IMG/VR virus record: IMGVR_UViG_3300037549_000096
Strand: one strand, 5' to 3'
DNA length: 64,000 nt
DNA from: a virus
The position numbers and the translations under genes were made by a program. Shown piece after piece: positions 32,887 to 42,658 of this stretch. The notes beneath the pieces are model-generated. The model made no database searches. It was not told the origin of the DNA and worked only from the letters and a program-made list of their open reading frames with translations. How positions within the stretch are numbered: the first letter of the stretch is position 1; every line of letters starts with the position of its first letter.

Positions 32887-33624
32887 ATGGCAGAGCCAAA
32901 TCAAGATGCTATTAATACGGCTGTGGGTTTAATATCAGCTAGAGGTTTACAAACTATTGCTTTAAATTCTTTAGATATTAATTCTATATCTAGTAGTATT
33001 AATGTTAATCAAACTATGCCTTCTCCTACAGAAGCTAAGTTGTCTTCTACCGATTTTGCTTATAGGTATATGTCGTTAGATTCAACACAATCTTCAGAAG
33101 ATGGTTCTGATATAGCTTATTTAAGAGTCTTAAAATTTGTTAATGGAATGTTTGGTAAACAAGTATTTCCTATAAACTCTAATGGTAGTTTATCTAATTA
33201 TCAAGATTTTATTGTTACTAATACAAGTTCTGGAATGATAGAAAAAGCACAATTAATTAAAACTAATAAGACATTACAAATTTATGCTTTTGATTCACAA
33301 GTAGAAGTTTTAAATATACAAGGTGTATTAAAATCTACTATTGAAAATAATTGGGATATGGCGATGGTATTATTATGGGACGATTTACTTAGATTAACAA
33401 AATTAATTCAATTAGGATTAATAGTAGAGTTTGGTTATCAATCTAATGTATATTGGGGTTATCCGTTAAATTTTCAATATCAAAAATCTTCTAATATGCA
33501 ATATCTTGTATCTTACTCAATGCAGTTTGTTATTCTTAAAAGATCTGCTTTATTAAAAAATTCTATTCAATCGAAAATGATGAATGATTTAGCTCGACAG
33601 ATTAATACAGCGATTAATTCTTAA
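32887..33624 (+). CDS. putative baseplate/tail-tube initiator protein
   Basis: position after the tape measure; EKAQL...YAF...LNIQG.L...YSMQFVI beta pattern. Confidence 0.45.
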   Translation: MAEPNQDAINTAVGLISARGLQTIALNSLDINSISSSINVNQTMPSPTEAKLSSTDFAYRYMSLDSTQSSEDGSDIAYLRVLKFVNGMFGKQVFPINSNGSLSNYQDFIVTNTSSGMIEKAQLIKTNKTLQIYAFDSQVEVLNIQGVLKSTIENNWDMAMVLLWDDLLRLTKLIQLGLIVEFGYQSNVYWGYPLNFQYQKSSNMQYLVSYSMQFVILKRSALLKNSIQSKMMNDLARQINTAINS

Positions 33625-33633
33625 AGAGAAACT

Positions 33634-35784
33634 ATGTCATTTGTAACAGGTAATCCTCAATGGGTTTGTTTTATTAACGGTCTTGAGGTTCCTATTATAG
33701 CAGCTTCTACAACTACTCAATCGGGTGGTTTAGCTTCTGCTCAAATTACAATGGCTTATTCTCCGTTTTTATCTAAACTTCCTAAACATACTAAGATTAC
33801 ATTATTTTCTTTAGATTTAAATAGCAATAACGAACCATTGTTAGAATTTGATGGAACGATTCAGGGTATATCATGGCGACAAGATAAAGTTTCTGGTAAT
33901 ACTGGATTGTTTGTAATGGCTCAAACAGATGGATTAATATGGTCTGAACGAGAAAAATTTAATTTTTATATTGATGGAGGTTTTAGTCAAGCTCGATTAT
34001 TACAAACAACTAAAACTTATGAATCAAATAATTCTACATCAACGAGTCCAGTTACGGACCCTTTAGCATATATACTTAATTCAAACAATAACGACGCAGG
34101 TGAAGTAGTTTTATTATTATTAACTCATACATTTGAATTTAGTCAAGGTAATGTAGGTAAAATTAATTATACAGATTGTGGCTGGCATTTAACTAAAGAT
34201 AAAAATACTATTGATGAAGATGCTTCGGTAGATCCTTTATATTATGCTAATTATATTAAAAAATTCTATGAAGCTTTTAATGTTACTAGAAAATTATGCA
34301 GACTACCAATGCCTGATTCCTGGAAAAAAGCATTTCAGTTACAATACACTTGGTTATTGCTAACTAAACAAATACAACCCTTAGAAGGTAAAGTAAACTT
34401 CTGGAATTATGTAACTTATATTTGTGATATGTTTAATTTTGAAGTTTATGATATACCTGATGCTACGATGGCGACTATTTCCTCTTCTGATATAAATCAT
34501 ATTAATAATCATGGAAGTGGTAACAAAAATGGTCAATCGGTTCTTTCTGAGTATTTAATTAAACCTAAAACTCCGTTTGGTCCAATACCTTACTGTAATG
34601 TTGTTTTTCCTGATCAAGTTTTAGATAAGAGTTTCTTTAAAAATTATCAGAATGAAACCACTAGATGCTATACAGTTGTATCTACGTTTCCTGGTGCTAT
34701 TTCTACTCAAACAGCGGGTTTAGCTTATTCTGGATATACTGCACCTTATTTTCCTGATGATACGAATAATTATTTTGGATCATTTAATACTAAAATTCCT
34801 ATGTTTGATGCTTCTTCTACAGATAAACAATTCTTATTAAGAAGCGCATACGAAGATGAGTTTGGTGTAGCTTCAAAAGAGGTTATACTTCCTGATATTT
34901 TATCTAGACTTCTTACGACTATACCTAAAACTTTACCACAAGGTATGACACAGCAGGAATTTCTACAAAAGAATCAAGCTACATTACAAAATATGATGAA
35001 TGCTGAGTTTTTTACATCTTATACTGATAAGGTTTCTTTTACATTACAAGTAACTCCTGATGTTAATGTGGTTCCTGGTATGTCTATGTTAGTGTTAGAT
35101 GAAAATGATGATCATATGGTAGCTTATTGTTATGGTCGTGAAAAAATATGGGATAAAAACGGTCAACAAGTTATTAATTTAAAGTTAATGTATCCTCGAC
35201 ATTATTCATTACAAGCTGGGTTTGCTAATAATTATTTAAATACACTCGATCCTGTTTATTATAATTCTTCTTATAAACAAGATTTATCTATTTTATCGCA
35301 ATATATTGGTTGTGGTTTTCTAGATCAAAATAAGACTATTATACAAAACATTAATGAAATTATGACTAACTGGAATCAAATAGGTAAAAATACACCTTTA
35401 TTAACAAAAAGTGCTTTATATAAAAGAACACGTACTGCTTACTCTCAATATTTAAGTTTTTATAATGTTACTAGTCCTATTAAATATGATACCAATAATA
35501 GTTTTAACAAAATGGATCAAAATTTAATAATTCAATGGGATATTTCTACGACTATTGCTAACGCTCCTGCTTTACAATGGTCATGGGCTAAAGAAGGCTA
35601 TCAAAACAGACAAGATACAACTTGGTTAAACACAGCAAGTGATGGCACTTATTATCCTCCATGTTATAATCCTCCTTACAACGAGCTTAACACTCCCGGC
35701 CCCATCAAAGTCTCTCCTTACATCGCTGGTATCGTGAACTGTCATAATCGTTATTTAATGCAAGTTGGAAATAATATCTCATAA
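33634..35784 (+). CDS. putative baseplate hub protein
   Basis: FINGLEVP...ASAQI...EFDGTI N-terminus; position in the module. Confidence 0.5.
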   Translation: MSFVTGNPQWVCFINGLEVPIIAASTTTQSGGLASAQITMAYSPFLSKLPKHTKITLFSLDLNSNNEPLLEFDGTIQGISWRQDKVSGNTGLFVMAQTDGLIWSEREKFNFYIDGGFSQARLLQTTKTYESNNSTSTSPVTDPLAYILNSNNNDAGEVVLLLLTHTFEFSQGNVGKINYTDCGWHLTKDKNTIDEDASVDPLYYANYIKKFYEAFNVTRKLCRLPMPDSWKKAFQLQYTWLLLTKQIQPLEGKVNFWNYVTYICDMFNFEVYDIPDATMATISSSDINHINNHGSGNKNGQSVLSEYLIKPKTPFGPIPYCNVVFPDQVLDKSFFKNYQNETTRCYTVVSTFPGAISTQTAGLAYSGYTAPYFPDDTNNYFGSFNTKIPMFDASSTDKQFLLRSAYEDEFGVASKEVILPDILSRLLTTIPKTLPQGMTQQEFLQKNQATLQNMMNAEFFTSYTDKVSFTLQVTPDVNVVPGMSMLVLDENDDHMVAYCYGREKIWDKNGQQVINLKLMYPRHYSLQAGFANNYLNTLDPVYYNSSYKQDLSILSQYIGCGFLDQNKTIIQNINEIMTNWNQIGKNTPLLTKSALYKRTRTAYSQYLSFYNVTSPIKYDTNNSFNKMDQNLIIQWDISTTIANAPALQWSWAKEGYQNRQDTTWLNTASDGTYYPPCYNPPYNELNTPGPIKVSPYIAGIVNCHNRYLMQVGNNIS

Positions 35785-35793
35785 GGATAACAA

Positions 35794-36066
35794 ATGTTTG
35801 ATATGATGACTCCAATTTCTCAAGCTAAAAAAGGAGATATCATTCTTCTTAAGAAATTGACTGAGGCTCAAGGTTATATTATCGATCATACTGTTCCTTT
35901 ATATTTTATAGAATTAGAAAAAGAGAAACAGTATGTGAAAGCTTCGTTAGATCCTGCTTTTGAAAAAGAAATTAAACTATCATTAAGAGCAATTAAACAA
36001 ATTACGTCACCCCTTGGAGTCTTTGTTTATAAAGCTGATCCAAGAGATATTGTTTATGGTCAATAA
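35794..36066 (+). CDS. hypothetical protein
   Basis: AAGGA RBS; ORF track. Confidence 0.65.
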   Translation: MFDMMTPISQAKKGDIILLKKLTEAQGYIIDHTVPLYFIELEKEKQYVKASLDPAFEKEIKLSLRAIKQITSPLGVFVYKADPRDIVYGQ

Positions 36067-36069
36067 AGT

Positions 36070-36092
36070 AAAACAAGCTTAACGCTTGTTTT
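36070..36092 (+). terminator. putative terminator
   Basis: aaaacaagc-ttaac-gcttgtttt. Confidence 0.55.
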
Positions 36093-36109
36093 GTATACAT
36101 AAAAATCGC

Positions 36110-36138
36110 TTGACTTTCTTATTATGTAGTGCTATGCT
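36110..36138 (+). promoter_or_regulatory. sigma70-type promoter for the RNR N-terminal half
   Basis: TTGACT-17nt-TATGCT with TGn extension. Confidence 0.75.
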
Positions 36139-36164
36139 TTATATCCAATGTGAGAGGAATATAA

Positions 36165-37340
36165 ATGAAAGACGTTAATACCTTCTTTTCGAGAGAAATC
36201 GATCCTGGAATGGGCATGGCAGTAGCCAAACGTACCTATTTAAGAAAAAATGAGTGTTGGGCCGATGTAGCAATGAGAGTTTCTGAAGGTAATGCGTCTT
36301 TAGTACCGACTACTAGAGAAGAACAATTAGAATTAACGAAAGCTATTGCTAAAGCCTCTTTTCTTCCTGCTGGTAGACATTTACAGCATGGTGATCATAC
36401 TCAGAAAGACAGAAATATTGAAGTATTTAGTAATTGTTCAACTGCTAATTCTTCATTTATTAAGTTTTATTTACTTCTAAATGGTAGCGGTGTCGGAAGA
36501 ATGTATAACAATGACCTTATGTTGATTGATTGGCGTAATATGCCAGAGGTTATTATTATACTTAGTCCTGATCATCCTGATTTTAAAGAATTTATTGAAA
36601 CGATTTATCGTTCAAAGATTGATCAGACTCTTAGTAAGCTTGATCAGTTTGAACAAGGTTTTAATTTATACGTAAAAGACATTGAAAGAATTAATCCTTA
36701 CAATCAAAATAACGTACATTACGATGTAGAAGATTCACGCGAAGGTTGGGCAAAGGGTTTAGAGTTACTTGAAGTGATGGCTTATGAAAAACGGTCTAAT
36801 TCTCAATTAGTTTTAGATTTATCTAATGTAAGAGAACGAGGTAAACCTATTGGCGGAATGCAGAAACGTCCCGCGAGCGGCCCAGCACCATTAGCTTATG
36901 CTTATTGGAAGACTTCTCTCATTCGTAAAAATATCTTTACTTATTATGATGAATATTTAAAGCAAGAAATCTTCCGTGACCTCGGACCCATTGATCCGTG
37001 GTTCCAAACGATTCTGATAGATCACTATCAATCTGAATGCGTAGCAAACGGTGGCGCTAGACGGTCTGCTCGTATTTCGGTGAAGGTATGGACTGATTTA
37101 GGAATTTTAGATTTTATCAATCTTAAGCATAACTTCTTAAATAGTAATGGTGAATCAATTCTTTGGTCATCTAACAACAGCGTAGGAGTTGATTCAGAAT
37201 TTTGGGATTCTATTAAAGATGAAACTAGTCAAGCATATATTGTTTACCAAGCTATTATAGATGCTTCTTATGGTCATGGAACCGGCGAACCTGGTTTAAT
37301 TAATTTAGATAAATTAACAGCAAATGAGAGTGGAATATGA
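36165..37340 (+). CDS. nrdJ: class II (B12-dependent) ribonucleotide reductase, N-terminal half
   Basis: KRTYLR, FLPAGRHL, FSNC, GSGVG, VEDSREGW, ASGPAPL, GGARRSA, NNSV, GEPGLIN; stops before the NPCxE motif. Confidence 0.85.
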   Translation: MKDVNTFFSREIDPGMGMAVAKRTYLRKNECWADVAMRVSEGNASLVPTTREEQLELTKAIAKASFLPAGRHLQHGDHTQKDRNIEVFSNCSTANSSFIKFYLLLNGSGVGRMYNNDLMLIDWRNMPEVIIILSPDHPDFKEFIETIYRSKIDQTLSKLDQFEQGFNLYVKDIERINPYNQNNVHYDVEDSREGWAKGLELLEVMAYEKRSNSQLVLDLSNVRERGKPIGGMQKRPASGPAPLAYAYWKTSLIRKNIFTYYDEYLKQEIFRDLGPIDPWFQTILIDHYQSECVANGGARRSARISVKVWTDLGILDFINLKHNFLNSNGESILWSSNNSVGVDSEFWDSIKDETSQAYIVYQAIIDASYGHGTGEPGLINLDKLTANESGI

Positions 37341-38190
37341 AAATGGATTCACATCCTGAGATTATTAAGATCAAATCAACTCAAATTGAAATGATTAATA
37401 ATTTCACAGGATTTAAATCTAAACCTAAGAGTGTTAAAGAGTCTATTATTATATTATTAAGACAATATAATATGTTAAATACTCGTGATGTTGAATTTGC
37501 TTTATCTCCTTATTTTCATTCAAGTGAAGTAGGTTTTGCGCTTAATGATTTAGTGTTTAACAGAATTGTTAAAAGCGATATGATAAAGGATATTTTATCA
37601 TTGAGGTAAATCATGTATGTTATTAATTATCAATGGGCGAAACTTTCTCCAATCAAATATGTTAATCCACATATAGGAAGTATAGTCTTTGGTGGTGATA
37701 AATGGGAAGCGATACCTCGTTTTTATTATGAAGAATCAAGAACAAAGTTTACTTCTCTAAAAGAAGCAATTAATTGGATGGAGGGATTACATGTTAACCA
37801 AAGCGCAAGCATCTAATCACTATTATACAATTCTTTTACCTGAAAAATTTGAAGATGTTTGTAATAAACTTGAAGACTCATATAAGAAAATCGTTACGAA
37901 CAACTCTTTAAATAAACCTATTAAATTAATTTCTCATAATGGTATTGAGTATAAATTTAATCTTCCAATAGAATTAAGAGCATTCATCCTTGGTTTAAGT
38001 TTTAAAAAGGATTGATATGACTTTTCTTGTTAATCTAATTAAGAAGATCATTAATTGGTTATTAAGTCTGTTTGGGTATAGTAACTTAGCTAAACCTTAT
38101 GTAACTTTAACGGTAGGATCATCTTATCGTAAAACCGCAGAGCAAGTAATACTAACCTTGGGTATTTCACAAAGAAAACCCACTAACTAA
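37337..38190 (+). other. four small hypothetical genes (37337..37609, 37613..37816, 37791..38015, 38017..38190)
   Basis: ORF track plus an untracked ORF MTFLVNLIKK... Confidence 0.6.
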
Positions 38191-38201
38191 AGGAGCCTAA
38201 C

Positions 38202-38537
38202 ATGGCTACTAGCAATCTTCCTTATTCGGATCAAGTAATCGTTACCGCTACGTTCTTTGATGGCGTAACTCCTACTCCGAAAGAAGCTCCAGTTACTAAT
38301 GTAACTGCTACTATCGATGATACCGCTATTGCAACCATTGGCGTTGTTATTCAAGTTAGTCCTTCTCAGTATACTGTAGAAGTTATTGCTGTTGGTGCTT
38401 TAGGAAATGCAGTTTTAACTATCTCAGGTACTAATTCACAGGGTCAAGTCGTTAGTGCTACTCAGGATTTTAGTGTTGTTGAAAGTCCTGCTGCTTCTGT
38501 TGTTATTGTTGTTGGTACTCCCGTAGCTAAGTCATAA
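38202..38537 (+). CDS. small Ig-like protein
   Basis: V/T-rich beta strands, AVGALGNAVLTISG; strong AAGGAG RBS. Confidence 0.55.
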   Translation: MATSNLPYSDQVIVTATFFDGVTPTPKEAPVTNVTATIDDTAIATIGVVIQVSPSQYTVEVIAVGALGNAVLTISGTNSQGQVVSATQDFSVVESPAASVVIVVGTPVAKS

Positions 38538-38545
38538 TTCAATGA

Positions 38546-38572
38546 TGGTGGAGAGATAATATCTCTCCACCA
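38546..38572 (+). terminator. terminator hairpin
   Basis: tggtggagagat-aat-atctctccacca perfect 12-bp stem followed by a T-rich tail. Confidence 0.7.
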
Positions 38573-38595
38573 ATCGTTTATTTCATGGAGTTAAA

Positions 38596-39030
38596 ATGTT
38601 AGTTGAGTTTATTCCTTTAGTTCATAACCCATTGCCGTTATTTTATGCGACATTATTAAGCTCTGGTATCGATCTTAGAGCTTATGTTAAGAGTCGTACT
38701 CTTACAGTTTATCCTAATCAAAGAGTTATTGTTGAGACTGGTTATAAATGTAAGTTAGATCCAGGTTTTGAAGGTCAGATTCGTTCTCGTAGTGGATTAG
38801 CTGCTAATAATGGTGTGATTGTTTTAAATGCGCCTGGAACGATTGACGCTGATTATGATGGACCTATTAAAGTAATTCTCTATAATACATCACCTGATCC
38901 ATTTCAGATTCAACACGGTGATCGAATTGCTCAGTTTGTCATCGTTCCGGTAGTAAGAGAAGATACTTATATGCCATTAGATGTAATTGAACGTGGAACT
39001 GGTGGCTTAGGATCTACGGGTGTAAAATGA
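38596..39030 (+). CDS. dut: trimeric dUTPase
   Basis: SGIDL, RSRSGLA, PGTIDADYDG, GDRIAQ, RGTGGLGSTG. Confidence 0.95.
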   Translation: MLVEFIPLVHNPLPLFYATLLSSGIDLRAYVKSRTLTVYPNQRVIVETGYKCKLDPGFEGQIRSRSGLAANNGVIVLNAPGTIDADYDGPIKVILYNTSPDPFQIQHGDRIAQFVIVPVVREDTYMPLDVIERGTGGLGSTGVK

Positions 39031-39410
39031 ATGCAGTAGATTGGCGAGGATTGGAACGTATTATTATCGTATTAGCTGCGATGATTATTTCAATCCTTGG
39101 TTATCTATTATTCAAAGCAGGTATTACTAGCTATAATACAGTAGATGTAAAAACGTCGTTTGGTAAAATCATTATTTCAGGTACAGGTCCAGGTTTAAGT
39201 TTCATGATTTTTAGTGTATTTGTTTTAATTTATGCTATTAAAAGTGGTGGTGCTAGTGTTGTAACAGATGCTAAACTAAATCAAGTTACTGAAAGTTTAG
39301 ATACTCTTAAAAAATCGCATGAAAATTTAAAGACTCAAGTGTTAGGTAATAGTCAAGAGTTAAAATCAATAGAAACGTTAAAATCAGTTCGTCAACCACA
39401 GGAGAAATAA
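39027..39410 (+). CDS. two-TM membrane protein with a C-terminal coiled coil
   Basis: hydrophobic segments; GPGL.F motif. Confidence 0.6.
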   Translation: MNAVDWRGLERIIIVLAAMIISILGYLLFKAGITSYNTVDVKTSFGKIIISGTGPGLSFMIFSVFVLIYAIKSGGASVVTDAKLNQVTESLDTLKKSHENLKTQVLGNSQELKSIETLKSVRQPQEK

Positions 39411-39411
39411 C

Positions 39412-39867
39412 ATGGAAACTTACGTTGTCGGTTTTTGTTTTAATGAAGATAAATCCGAAGTAGCACTTATTAAGAAAACGCATCCAGAATGGCAGGCCGG
39501 GCTTTTCAATGGAATTGGAGGTCATGTTAATGAAGACGAAACACCTTTAGAAGCAATGCAACGAGAATTTAAAGAAGAAGCTGGTGTTGATACTGTTCTT
39601 ATTGATTGGCATTTATTTGCTGAGTTATCTGGTGATTATTTCCATTTATATTGTTTTAATTGTTTTGATGATGAAATTTTCAAAAACATTAAAACTTGCA
39701 CCGATGAATTTATTATACCGTTCCCTACAGCTTGTATTAAAATTAGAGATTCTAGATTCATTTCTAATCTATCCTGGTTATTAGGTATTTGTCTTGATGA
39801 AGATATGTCACGGATTAATGTACAAGCTACTTACGAAAATCTTGAAGCGTTAACCCAGGAGCGATAA
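39412..39867 (+). CDS. Nudix hydrolase
   Basis: GGHVNEDETPLEAMQREFKEEAG Nudix box. Confidence 0.92.
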   Translation: METYVVGFCFNEDKSEVALIKKTHPEWQAGLFNGIGGHVNEDETPLEAMQREFKEEAGVDTVLIDWHLFAELSGDYFHLYCFNCFDDEIFKNIKTCTDEFIIPFPTACIKIRDSRFISNLSWLLGICLDEDMSRINVQATYENLEALTQER

Positions 39868-40211
39868 TGTCTATGATGGCTCTTGATTTTGACGGAACGC
39901 TTTGTGTTCATGCTTTTCCTGAAATTGGCGAAGTATTAGAGCAACATCTAAAAGTTCATGAAAGAGTTAGAAAGTTTAAAGAAAATGGTGGAATAGTCAT
40001 TCTCTGGACTTGTCGAGACGATAAAGAAGAAAGAGCTTATCTCACTGAAGCTGTTGAATGGTGTAAAAAACATAATATTCCTATTGATTATGCTAATTGT
40101 TATCCTAATCCTGGTTGGAGTGGTTTTGAGATTGGTGAAATAATCCCTTGTCGAAAAGTTTGTGCTGATGTTTATATTGATGATAAATGTTTGCATGTAG
40201 ATCATTGTTAA
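39867..40211 (+). CDS. small HAD-superfamily phosphatase (BT0820-like)
   Basis: ALDFDGTL, LWTCR, RK..ADVYIDDK. Confidence 0.88.
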   Translation: MSMMALDFDGTLCVHAFPEIGEVLEQHLKVHERVRKFKENGGIVILWTCRDDKEERAYLTEAVEWCKKHNIPIDYANCYPNPGWSGFEIGEIIPCRKVCADVYIDDKCLHVDHC

Positions 40212-40217
40212 GGGGAA

Positions 40218-40571
40218 GTGATGAATCGTGATCAGTTTAATAAATTAATCGATGAAACGTTTACTAAAATTAAAAATTTAAGCAATACTAAAGGTGAAGA
40301 ATATAGCGGACAGGAAGACGCTTTAGCTAATTTTAAACGTAATGCTGAAAGAATGGGTCTTGATCCTCTTCAAGTATGGTTCGTTTATACAGCTAAACAT
40401 TTTGATTCAGTTTCTACATTCATTAAAGATATTGCAAGTAATAAAGTAAGAAATTATAGTGAACCGATTGATGGTAGAGCCGATGATCTTATTGTTTATT
40501 TCTTAATTTTCAAAGCACTTTATAAAGAAAAACTAGAGCAGAATACTAAGGCTTTATCGGAGATTAGATAA
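40218..40571 (+). CDS. nucleotide-modification-associated helical domain protein (DUF1599/MazG-like)
   Basis: KGEEYSG.EDALANF, KH, EPI.GR..DLIVY. Confidence 0.6.
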   Translation: MMNRDQFNKLIDETFTKIKNLSNTKGEEYSGQEDALANFKRNAERMGLDPLQVWFVYTAKHFDSVSTFIKDIASNKVRNYSEPIDGRADDLIVYFLIFKALYKEKLEQNTKALSEIR

Positions 40572-40575
40572 TAAA

Positions 40576-41433
40576 ATGTTATTACCTTTTAAATGGGTTG
40601 GTCTTAGTTTTAATAATTGTGAAATTATTAAACCTATTGATTTATCTAAAATTAAAGGTAAAGATTTTTATGAATGTAAATGTTATTGTGGAAAAGCTTT
40701 TAACGTTAGACCTTATGATTTAAGTTATAATAGAGTCAAATCATGTGGTTGTTTAAAAAGAAAGATCGTTAGTGATTTAGGTAAAAGTTTTAGAAAATAT
40801 AATTATTATAATTTTATTAATGAACAAACTAAAGCTCAAATACTTAGACCTGTAGATCCATTAAAAGAAAATAACATAGACGAATGGATTTGTTTATGCC
40901 CTTATCATGATCCGCCAGTAGAATTTATTAATATTCCTAGTAGTATTATATCTGGTGTAACTAAATCATGCGGTTGTCTTGCTCCTAAAAAAGCTAGTGA
41001 ACGTTTTATTTTATTTAATAAACAACAAAAATTAAATCGACATTTATTTAAAAATAAATGTATTTCTAAAAATATTTTAATACGTAATTTAATATATAAT
41101 CCAATAAAACATTTAATTTATAAACTTCATAAAACATGTGCATTATGTAATATAAACAAAACTGCTAATATTCATCATATTATCCCATTACATACAATTG
41201 ATCATAACGATATTACTACTTATTTAATAGCTTATGATATAAATAATCTAATTGGTTTATGTAAAGACTGTCATTGGTTAGCGCATGATTATGATGTTTA
41301 TTGTATTGATAAACCTATTCAGAAAGAATTACAAAATTTAGTAAAATCAAGAAAAGTTTCTAATAAATTAATGTTAGAATATAATAATATAATAGAAATA
41401 AGAATTAAACCCTATCTTAATAAATTAATATAA
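40576..41433 (+). CDS. free-standing HNH homing endonuclease
   Basis: CKCYCG and two KSCGCL DNA-binding repeats; CALC...IHHIIP...NNLIGLCKDCH...H. Confidence 0.85.
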   Translation: MLLPFKWVGLSFNNCEIIKPIDLSKIKGKDFYECKCYCGKAFNVRPYDLSYNRVKSCGCLKRKIVSDLGKSFRKYNYYNFINEQTKAQILRPVDPLKENNIDEWICLCPYHDPPVEFINIPSSIISGVTKSCGCLAPKKASERFILFNKQQKLNRHLFKNKCISKNILIRNLIYNPIKHLIYKLHKTCALCNINKTANIHHIIPLHTIDHNDITTYLIAYDINNLIGLCKDCHWLAHDYDVYCIDKPIQKELQNLVKSRKVSNKLMLEYNNIIEIRIKPYLNKLI

Positions 41434-41441
41434 GATAGTTG

Positions 41442-41470
41442 TTGACATTTTATTTAATTTATGCGATACT
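41442..41470 (+). promoter_or_regulatory. sigma70-type promoter for the RNR C-terminal half
   Basis: TTGACA-17nt-GATACT with TGn extension; GAGG RBS before 41495. Confidence 0.75.
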
Positions 41471-41494
41471 TGTTATCACTCTTTGAGGTAGCTC

Positions 41495-42553
41495 ATGATT
41501 GAATCTAAGAAATACAAACTATCAGAAAGCGCGAAATCATATTATGAACAACTTTATAAACAAGTAAGTGAGTCAAAATATAAATATCTTACTAATCCTT
41601 GTGGTGAGATTACCTTAAGAGCTTCTGGTGGCTATTGTATTATATCTGACATAGTTCCTTTTCATTGTGATACGTTAGAGGAAGTATTAGATGTTGGTAG
41701 AATTGCCGCTAGATTCTTAATTCGTGTTAATACAATGGATTCACTTTATAGTGATGAAACTAAACGAACTAATCGTATTAGTGTTTGTATTACTGGTATT
41801 CATGAATTCGCTTGGAAGTTCTTTGGATTAGGTTTTAGAGACATTTTAAATCCTGATTGGAATAAAGCATTTTGGCAATTCATCAATAAACTTGGTAGAG
41901 CTATTGAAGAAGCAGCAAAAGCTTATTGTTTAGAACTTGGAATTGAATGTCCTCATACTTATTTAGCGATTAAACCTTCCGGTTCTGTGTCTAAACTATT
42001 CGCTCTTACCGAAGGCGCGCATTTACCTTCAATGGTAGCATATATGCGTTGGGTTCAATTCCAGAATGGTGATCCTTTAATTCAAAAATATATGGATCGT
42101 GGTTATCCTGTACTTCCGTGTAACTCTTATCCTAATATGACAAGAGTTGGATTTCCTACCGTTCCTGCTATTACTAAATTAGGAATGGGTGATAAATTAG
42201 TAACAGCTAATGAAGCTACGCCAGAAGAACAGTATCAATATCTTATGTTATTAGAAAAACACTGGCTTGGAGAAGGTAACAACCAGATTTCATATACGCT
42301 TAAATTTAATAAAGATAAAGTAACCCGCGAAGAATTTAGCGAAATGCTGGAAAAATATCAGTCACAGATTAGGTGCTGCGCTGTTATGCCCTCTGTTAAC
42401 GAAGAAGAATTGAAGTCACGTTATGAGTATCTTCCTGAAGAAAGTATTACTATGTCTGACCTTTTGAATATTATATCTAACATTAACGATCCTGATATGG
42501 ATCAAGTGTTAGATCCAGAGACTTTAGTTTGTGCAGGTGCATGTCCTTTATAG
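41495..42553 (+). CDS. nrdJ: class II ribonucleotide reductase, C-terminal half
   Basis: TNPCGEI, GGYC, IKPSGSVS, NQISYT, C-terminal CAGACPL. Confidence 0.88.
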   Translation: MIESKKYKLSESAKSYYEQLYKQVSESKYKYLTNPCGEITLRASGGYCIISDIVPFHCDTLEEVLDVGRIAARFLIRVNTMDSLYSDETKRTNRISVCITGIHEFAWKFFGLGFRDILNPDWNKAFWQFINKLGRAIEEAAKAYCLELGIECPHTYLAIKPSGSVSKLFALTEGAHLPSMVAYMRWVQFQNGDPLIQKYMDRGYPVLPCNSYPNMTRVGFPTVPAITKLGMGDKLVTANEATPEEQYQYLMLLEKHWLGEGNNQISYTLKFNKDKVTREEFSEMLEKYQSQIRCCAVMPSVNEEELKSRYEYLPEESITMSDLLNIISNINDPDMDQVLDPETLVCAGACPL

Positions 42554-42587
42554 GTTTATGAAATTGTTTTTTAGCTATTTAACACCA

Positions 42588-42615
42588 AAAGAGCCGAATT
42601 TATCTTCGGCTCTTT
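42588..42615 (+). terminator. intrinsic terminator
   Basis: aaagagccgaa-tttatc-ttcggctcttt. Confidence 0.75.
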
Positions 42616-42641
42616 GCATATCTAAACTACTATGATATAAT
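42614..42641 (+). promoter_or_regulatory. sigma70-type promoter
   Basis: TTGCAT-16nt-TATAAT with TGn extension. Confidence 0.6.
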
Positions 42642-42658
42642 TGATTCAGGAGTACATT

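Noticed and set aside
37320-41600. Split intein or intron rejoining the RNR halves
   Set aside because: No Cys/Ser-start intein N-block or His-Asn C-terminus at the junctions. The spacer holds ordinary genes and a terminator, and the second half has its own promoter and RBS.
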